Shown in pieces: positions 57,745-64,000 of a stretch of 64,000 nucleotides of DNA. Position 1 is the first letter of the stretch. Each line of letters begins with the position of its first letter. The position numbers and the translations under genes are program-made. The stretch comes from Blastocladiella emersonii ATCC 22665 (Eukaryota; Fungi; Blastocladiomycota): positions 1,116,001-1,180,000 of the forward strand of contig JANHCV010000005.1 of NCBI GenBank assembly GCA_025594325.1, written 5' to 3'. The notes under the pieces were generated by a model. That model searched no databases and was not told the DNA's origin. It saw only the letters and a list, made by a program, of their open reading frames with translations.

Positions 57745-58833
57745 ATGGGTCGCACTCAGCTCCACTCTGCCCAGCGCCAGGCCGTGCATCAGCACCAGGC
57801 CCAGGCCGCCAACGCCAAGTCCGCCACCGCGAACAACAACAACAACGCGCCCGCCGCGAAGCAGCAGCAGCAGCAGGCCCGTGCCCAGTCGCCGCAGCTC
57901 AAGCAGGCTGCTCCTGCCGCCGCTCAGCAGCAGCAGAAGCAGGCCCCGCAGCAGGCCCGCGCGCAGTCGGCTCAGCCCAAGCAGGCCGCCGTTCAGCAGC
58001 AGCAGGCTCGCGCTCAGTCGCCCCAGCTCAAGCAGCAGCAGCAGCAGGCCTTGGTCGCCGCCGCTCCCCAGAAGCAACAGCAGGCCCGTACCCAGTCCGC
58101 GGCCGCCGCCGCGCAGGTGTACCGCGCCACGCCCGTCCGCGAGCATCCCGACGACGCGTTCCTCTCGGGCGCGTGGATGTTTGACGAGGCCCGCATTCCG
58201 CAGTGGATGGCGCCACAGCTTCCGAAACAGCAGCAGGCCCGCGCCGCTCAACCCACCGTTGCTGTTCGCGCCCAGTCGCCTCAGCAGCAGAAGCAGCAGC
58301 TCAAGCAGGCCGCTCCCGCTCCCGCTCCCGCTGCCGCCGCCACGCCCGCGAAGCAGCAGCAGGCCGCCCGCGCACAGCCGCAGCAGCAGGCCCAGCTCCC
58401 GCGCAACGCCGCTGCCGTGATCCCCGTTGGCGCTGTCCGCGCCAAGAACGCGTCGGCCGACGACGCCTTCTTCTCGGGCTCGTGGCTCTTTGACTCGGCC
58501 GCCGCGCCGCAGTGGCTCCAGTCGCAGCTGCCCGCGCCCAAGGCGCAGCAGGCGCAGCAGGCGCAGCAGGCGCAGCAGGCGCAGCAGGCGCAGCAGGCGC
58601 AGCAGGCGCAGCAGGCGCAGCAGGCGCAGCAGCAGCAGCTCAAGCAGCAGGCCGCCGCTCCTCGCGCGCAGTCGGCCCAGCTCAAGCAGGCCGCTCCTCA
58701 GCAGCAGCAGACCCGCGCTCAATCGCCGCAGCTCAAGCAGGCGCCGCAGCTTCAGACGCCCCAGCAGCAGGCCCAGAAGCAGCAGGACCAGCGCCGCCCG
58801 CAGTCGCCAACCCGCCGCAACAAGCGCGTGTAA
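57745..58833 (+). CDS. Gln/Ala-rich low-complexity repeat protein, copy 2 (362 aa)
   Basis: Same protein as 38845-39927 with an expanded AQQ tract and a different C-terminal repeat count. Confidence 0.82.
   Translation: MGRTQLHSAQRQAVHQHQAQAANAKSATANNNNNAPAAKQQQQQARAQSPQLKQAAPAAAQQQQKQAPQQARAQSAQPKQAAVQQQQARAQSPQLKQQQQQALVAAAPQKQQQARTQSAAAAAQVYRATPVREHPDDAFLSGAWMFDEARIPQWMAPQLPKQQQARAAQPTVAVRAQSPQQQKQQLKQAAPAPAPAAAATPAKQQQAARAQPQQQAQLPRNAAAVIPVGAVRAKNASADDAFFSGSWLFDSAAAPQWLQSQLPAPKAQQAQQAQQAQQAQQAQQAQQAQQAQQAQQQQLKQQAAAPRAQSAQLKQAAPQQQQTRAQSPQLKQAPQLQTPQQQAQKQQDQRRPQSPTRRNKRV
58543..58632 (+). repeat. (GCGCAGCAG)10 coding minisatellite, (AQQ)10
   Basis: Ten perfect 9-nt units; the paralog has only AQQAQQLQQ here. 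Confidence 0.92.
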
Positions 58834-59144
58834 CGGATCGCTCGCGCGCCTCCACCAATACCCCGTTCATTCAGCTCGCGCACTCTTTTGATTGTATTGT
58901 ATCAATCGTGTGAGCCGCTTAATGAGCGATATTTAACCAGGATCTATTTGTATTCTAGTCAGCTTGAGAGAGCGAGTGATGGAAGCGATGATGGCCGAGC
59001 AGCGTGACGCGACCTCACCACTGAGAATCCGATCAGGATCGTTTCTCAGTCGACCGGGCAGAACAGCAGGCGAAGTGATCGTGTACAAAGACCATCGTGT
59101 ATTCAAACGTGCAAGATGTAGCGAAACGCACACACACAACCCCA

Positions 59145-61580
59145 TCAGTCGTGCCACTGCGCGCCAATGTTCATCGCGATGAACGCGAACTTGTTGGCGG
59201 CCGACTCGATGCGCTTCTTGGTGGGCTTACCGGCGCCGTGGCCGGCCTTGCGCTCGATCTCGATGAGCAGCGGGCGGGTGCTGTTCGGGTTGGCGTGCTG
59301 GAGCGCGGCCCCGTACTTGAACGAGTGGAGCGGGACGACGCGGTCGTCGTGGTCCGAGGTCATGATCAGCGTCGCCGGGTAGTCCTGCGTCGTCGTGTTG
59401 TGCACGGGCGAGTACTTGCGGATGTACTCGAAGTCCTCGGCGACGTCCGGGTTGCCGTAGTCGGCGATCCACGCGTGGCCTAGACGTGGTCGGGTTGAGC
59501 GGGAGTGAGTTGCGCGTCCCAATGTGACGGTGACGACGACGAGCGAGAAAAGCGTACCGATGGTGAACTTGTGGAAGCGGAGCATGTCCATGACGCCGAC
59601 CTCGGCGACAGCGGCGCCGAACAGCTCGGGGGCCTGGTTGACGCACGCGCCGACGAGCAGGCCGCCGTTGGACCCGCCGTTGATGGCGATGCGCGAGTGC
59701 GACGTGTACCCGCGCTTGACGAGCTCCTTGGCGGCGGCCTGGAAGTCGTCGAAGCAGTGCTGCTTCTGGTGCAACATGCCGGCCTCGTGCCACTCCTCGC
59801 CAAACTCGCCGCCGCCGCGGCCGTTGGCGACGACGACGACGCCGTTGTAGTGGGCCATGAACGTGACCCACGAGGGCGAGAAGGCGGGCCCGATCGAGAT
59901 GTTGAACCCCATGTAGCCGTATAGGAAGGTCGGGTTGGACCCGTCGAGCGAGATGCCCTTGCGGTGGACAATGAACATGGGGATCTTGGTGCCGTCCTTG
60001 GACGCGTACCAGTGCTGCGACGCCTCGAAGGCGTCGGGGTCGAACCCGGCCACCTCGCTGCGCTTGAACCGGTCGACGTCGCTGGTGGTGCAGTCGAAGC
60101 GCATGACGGTGCCGGGGGAGAGGAACGACGAGAACGAGTAGAATAACTCGTTGTGCTTGCGCTCGCCCGAGAGACCCGTCACGGAGACGGCGGGCGGGAG
60201 CGGCAGGCGGCGGACGTGCTCGCCCGTGGCGAGCGAGTGCACGTGGATCTCGTCCATGACGTTGCGCATGTAGACGAGGACGAGCTTGTCGTTGTCCGAG
60301 ACCATGGCCGACGACAGCGTGGCGTCCTTGTCCTCGGCGACGAGCACCGTGAACCCGGCGTCAGGGCGCGACAGGTCGTAGGTGATGATGCGCGACTTGG
60401 GCGCCTCCCAGTTGGACTTGAAGTAGAACTTGGGTCCGTCGTTGGCAAGGTAGCCGAACGAGCCCATGTTGATGTCGTCGACGACCTTGGTCCACTGCAG
60501 GGCGGCGTAGTTGTTGTCGTTGGGGTGCGGCGCGATCCACAGCAGGTTCTTGCGCGCCGTCGAGGCCGAGACGGTGAGCAGGAGGTACTTGCCGTCGTCG
60601 GACGGGAACACGGAGCCGCGGAACTTGGGGTGGTCCGGGTCGTGGTAGACGAGCACGTCGTCGGCCTGGGCCGTGCCGAGCTTGTGGTACATGGTCTGGG
60701 CATTGAGGTTGGCGTCGGTCTCGGTGCCGAGGTCCGACTTGTCGACCTTGGGGTAGCGCGTGTAGAAGAAACCGGCCTCGTCCTTGGTCCACGACACGGA
60801 CGTGAACTTGGCGTACTCGACGACGTCGTTGAGGTCGGTGCCGTCGGCGACCGACTTGACGTGGATCGACACCCAGTCGGAGCCCGACTTGGACAGCGCG
60901 TAGCCAAAGTACTTGCCGTTCTCCGAGAACGCGTACGTCGACAGGGCGACGGTGCCGTCGTCCGAGAGCTTGTTGGGGTCGAAGAAGACGGTCGGGTTCG
61001 GGTCGTCGAGCGAGGCGATGCGGTAGAGGACCGACTGGTTGAGCAGGCCCGAGTTGTACCAGTAGTAGTAGGCGTTGCCCTCGCGCGACGGCGTCGAGTA
61101 GCGCTCGTAGTTGAACATGTCGGTCAGCTTGGCCTCGAACTTGGCCTTGTCGGGGTACTGGGCGAGGTAGGCCTGGGTCAGGTCGGCCTGGGCCTCGACA
61201 AACTGCTTGGTCTCTTCCGAGTCGGGGTCCTCGAGCCACCGGTACGGGTCGGCGACGGCCACGCCGTGCAGCGTCTCGACGCACGCCTCGTCGCGGCGCA
61301 CCGCCGGGTACTTGCCCCATGTGTAGGAGGCGGTGGCGGCGTTGGTCATTGCAAGAGTTGATGCGTAGCGATGCAGCGAGGGGAGGAGGGCAGTGTGCGA
61401 GCTGCTGCGACTGCTGGAGAGAGCGAGGATCGAGCGGCGGGCGAGCGTCGCGTTTTGATGCGCCGCGGCCACGGTGGCGCCTGTTGGGGACTTCAGCTGC
61501 ACGAGAAGCGAACGCGCTCCTCGCTGGAGGATCCCGCGCGCCGCCGCCGCCGCCGAGGATGAGCCGAATACCGGCACCAT
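59145..61580 (-). CDS. PREP: Prolyl oligopeptidase (S9A); core from ATG 61349, possible presequence from ATG 61580; intron 59557-59480
   Basis: VADPYRWLEDPDSEET, PNKLSDDGTVAL, SGSDW, SKDGTKIPMFI, GSNPTFLYGYMGFNIS, RGGGEFGEEWH, catalytic GGSNGG, DHDDRVVPLHS, AGHGAGKP. Confidence 0.95.
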   Translation of the reverse strand: MVPVFGSSSAAAAARGILQRGARSLLVQLKSPTGATVAAAHQNATLARRSILALSSSRSSSHTALLPSLHRYASTLAMTNAATASYTWGKYPAVRRDEACVETLHGVAVADPYRWLEDPDSEETKQFVEAQADLTQAYLAQYPDKAKFEAKLTDMFNYERYSTPSREGNAYYYWYNSGLLNQSVLYRIASLDDPNPTVFFDPNKLSDDGTVALSTYAFSENGKYFGYALSKSGSDWVSIHVKSVADGTDLNDVVEYAKFTSVSWTKDEAGFFYTRYPKVDKSDLGTETDANLNAQTMYHKLGTAQADDVLVYHDPDHPKFRGSVFPSDDGKYLLLTVSASTARKNLLWIAPHPNDNNYAALQWTKVVDDINMGSFGYLANDGPKFYFKSNWEAPKSRIITYDLSRPDAGFTVLVAEDKDATLSSAMVSDNDKLVLVYMRNVMDEIHVHSLATGEHVRRLPLPPAVSVTGLSGERKHNELFYSFSSFLSPGTVMRFDCTTSDVDRFKRSEVAGFDPDAFEASQHWYASKDGTKIPMFIVHRKGISLDGSNPTFLYGYMGFNISIGPAFSPSWVTFMAHYNGVVVVANGRGGGEFGEEWHEAGMLHQKQHCFDDFQAAAKELVKRGYTSHSRIAINGGSNGGLLVGACVNQAPELFGAAVAEVGVMDMLRFHKFTIGTLFSLVVVTVTLGRATHSRSTRPRLGHAWIADYGNPDVAEDFEYIRKYSPVHNTTTQDYPATLIMTSDHDDRVVPLHSFKYGAALQHANPNSTRPLLIEIERKAGHGAGKPTKKRIESAANKFAFIAMNIGAQWHD

Positions 61581-61804
61581 GACGCGCGTGATACTCGGTG
61601 ATAATTTCACGCGAGGGTTTTCGCGGGAAACGGCGAAGCGGGAGCGGAAACGGCGCTGTCGCGTCGATCACGGCACGCGCCGTCACGCGGGCGTGTCTAA
61701 CCACTCCGGTCCGCGTCATCGACCCGCCCGCCCCCTTCCTCGCCGTCGCGTCGCACTCTACGAGCGAACGCCGCACCCGCACACCCATTGCAACGCATCA
61801 AACC

Positions 61805-63845
61805 ATGACGGACGCCGCTCCCCCACGCATCATGCGCAGGCCCGCGCCCGGGTCGGCGTCGGCCGCGCAGCCGCCGCCGCGGAACCCCGCCGCGCTGCAG
61901 CAGTCGTGGCGCCAGGAGAAGCCTGCTGCCGCGCCGGCGGGGGCGCCGGGAGCGCAGCCCATCAAGCGCAACACCAACAACAAGAAGCCGACGGGCGCGG
62001 CGGCGGGCAAGAAGCCGACTTCGGCCTCCGCTGCCGCCGCGACGGGTGCCGCCATGAAGCCGGCTGCGGCCAACGGTGGCGGTGCTGACGGAGAGACGGC
62101 CGAGGAGACGCCCGCGGCCGCGGGCGACGAGCACGACCGCGAGGGCCGCGCCAAGAACCGCGCGCGCACTGAGAAGAAGATCAAGGACCGCAACGACGTG
62201 CAGCGCGTGGTGCTCGACAACCTGATCGAGGCGGTCGCGACGGTGCCGCTGGCCGACCCGTCGACGTGGCCCGACCTGTACCCGCTCGACACGCCGTTCC
62301 GCAAGTACTATTTCGCGGACCAGCGCATCCCGATCCCCGACAACCGCGTGCTGCAGTTCAGCGCCGACGCCGCCCACGGGCTGTGGGACCGCGCGCTGCC
62401 GTTCCCGACGGGCCCCGTGTCGCTGTACGAGCGGCTGACGGACGAGCTCACGTCGTTTTCCGAGTTTTTGGGCGGGACGCGCGGCGAGCGGTTCCTGCGC
62501 AAGCTGACGTTCGACCGGCTCGAGGCCACGCTGCGCCCGCTGCTCGGCGAGGGCACGCTGATCATGCTGTTCGGGTCGTCGGCGTCGCCCGCCTACAACC
62601 CGGCCAGTGACCTCGACGTCGGCATCCTGCCCGCCAACGCCTCCTTCGACAAGCTGTCGGACGGCAAGAACCGCAGCACCAAGATCCTGAGCAAGCTACT
62701 CAAGCCCATTGGCGTGCTCGGCGACAAGTCGATCGAGTGGATCCCGCACGCCAAGGTGCCCCTCATCAAGTACACGGACGTGGTCACCAAGATGGAGGTG
62801 GACCTGTCGGTGCAGTGGGAGGGGTTCACGTCCGTCCAGATCGTCGAGGACCTGGTCGCCCGGTACCCGAGCACCGTCCCGCTCGTCCGCACCGTCAAGG
62901 CCATGCTCAACCTGCACGGCATCAACAAGGGCGCCGAGCACGGCATCAACGGGTTCTGCGCCCTGTGCATGGTCATCGCGATCCTGCAGCGCATGGAGGC
63001 CATGGGCATCGCTACCTCGGTCGACCCCGAGAACCCCGCCCCGCTCGACCACCACATCACCGGCATGGCCTTCCTCACCTTCGTCCACTTTTTCGGGTTC
63101 GTCTTTGACCCTGCCACCACGGGCATCGACAACACCAACAACGGCGTCCTGTTCCTCCGCGTACGTCCACTCTCTCTTTCGTGGGTCGGTGCCGACTCAA
63201 AAGCTCACCTTACACGACCGCGTATAGGACAACGTGGTCGACCGGCTGTACCAGAACAACTCGGGGACGCTGCTCGTGACGTCGGTGCGCGTGCAGACCC
63301 CCGCCGAGAACGTCGGCCGTTCCGTCGACCCGGGCCCGTGGCTCACGTTCCGGACGGCGTGCCAGCGCACGTTCCTGACGCTATACCAGCTGTCCGAGGG
63401 TCCCGAGACCTCGTCAGCGGCGGCCGCACTTGCGGGCGAGCACCCGGTCGAGCGCGCGCTCCTTGCGCACGTCGTGGCCCTGCCGGACGCGTACACGGCG
63501 GCCATGGCGGCGACCGCGAAATACCTCGGCGAGCTCGACAAGTACGCGGTGGGCGCCGCGTCCGAGCTCGAGTGGGAGACCCAGGTCCGCACCAACCTCC
63601 TCTCGTCGCTCGCCAACTTCCTCCGCAAGCACGAGGAGGCCGTCAAGAAGGCCAAGAAGGCCAAGCAGGACGCCCGCAAGCGCCAGCAGGCGCTCCAGCA
63701 GCAGCAGGCGCAGCGCATGGGGATCCCGCCGCACCAGCAGCAGCAGCAGCGCATGTACGCGGGTGCCGGTGCCGACTGGAGCGCCGATGGCGGCAGCGCG
63801 GCCGCGGCCGCGGGGCGCGCGCGGGCTCGTGGTGGGCGGGCGTAG
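61805..63845 (+). CDS. Trf4/Cid1-family non-canonical poly(A)/poly(U) polymerase-like nucleotidyltransferase, 657 aa; exons 61805-63160, 63228-63845
   Basis: Pol-beta motif LFGSSAS...SDLDV, AKVPLIK, third Asp in EVDLS, GING-type helix. A 67-nt GT-AG intron joins to a codon-biased second exon. Confidence 0.82.
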
Positions 63846-64000
63846 GTGGGTGATGATACAGGGCGAGTAGTGCCGGATACACGAATTTTTCTGTTGAGCT
63901 CTCTCTGGGATGCGAGTGGAGTCCCGCCCGACCATGGCGGGTGCGCACCACTCGAGCGATCCATCGCAGCAGGGCCGGATGACGTGCGCGTCGAGTCGAG

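Larger units (their letters stand above)
57462..58833 (+). repeat. Inverted duplication arm 2 (partner 38845-40190)
   Basis: Reverse-complement match beginning at GCTGCGCCACGGCGTGACC. Confidence 0.93.

Overview
GC-rich eukaryotic genomic DNA with short GT-AG introns (donor consensus GTRCGY). It most likely comes from a flagellated (zoosporic) fungus such as a blastocladiomycete. This is inferred from the axonemal gene CCDC40, fungal-type housekeeping proteins and an SGLxLKY-type ankyrin family; it is not proven. Conserved, codon-biased genes (NPR2, CCDC40, ARP1, ETFB, NOT3, MRPL12, RAE1, an ABCC transporter, prolyl oligopeptidase and a Trf4/Cid1-type nucleotidyltransferase) alternate with accessory islands. 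The islands hold an intronless family of divergent F-box-like genes (six loci, four visibly disrupted) and an apparently identical >=1,487-bp direct duplication of an aldo-keto reductase locus 45,907 bp apart. They also hold an inverted duplication of a Gln/Ala-rich repeat-protein gene bracketing about 17 kb of accessory DNA. Finally, there is a ~8-kb array of decayed exon-intron modules in which several introns have GG/GA in place of GT at the donor. No rRNA, tRNA, CRISPR array or transposase/RT ORF could be supported. All homology calls are by recognition of motifs, not by database search.
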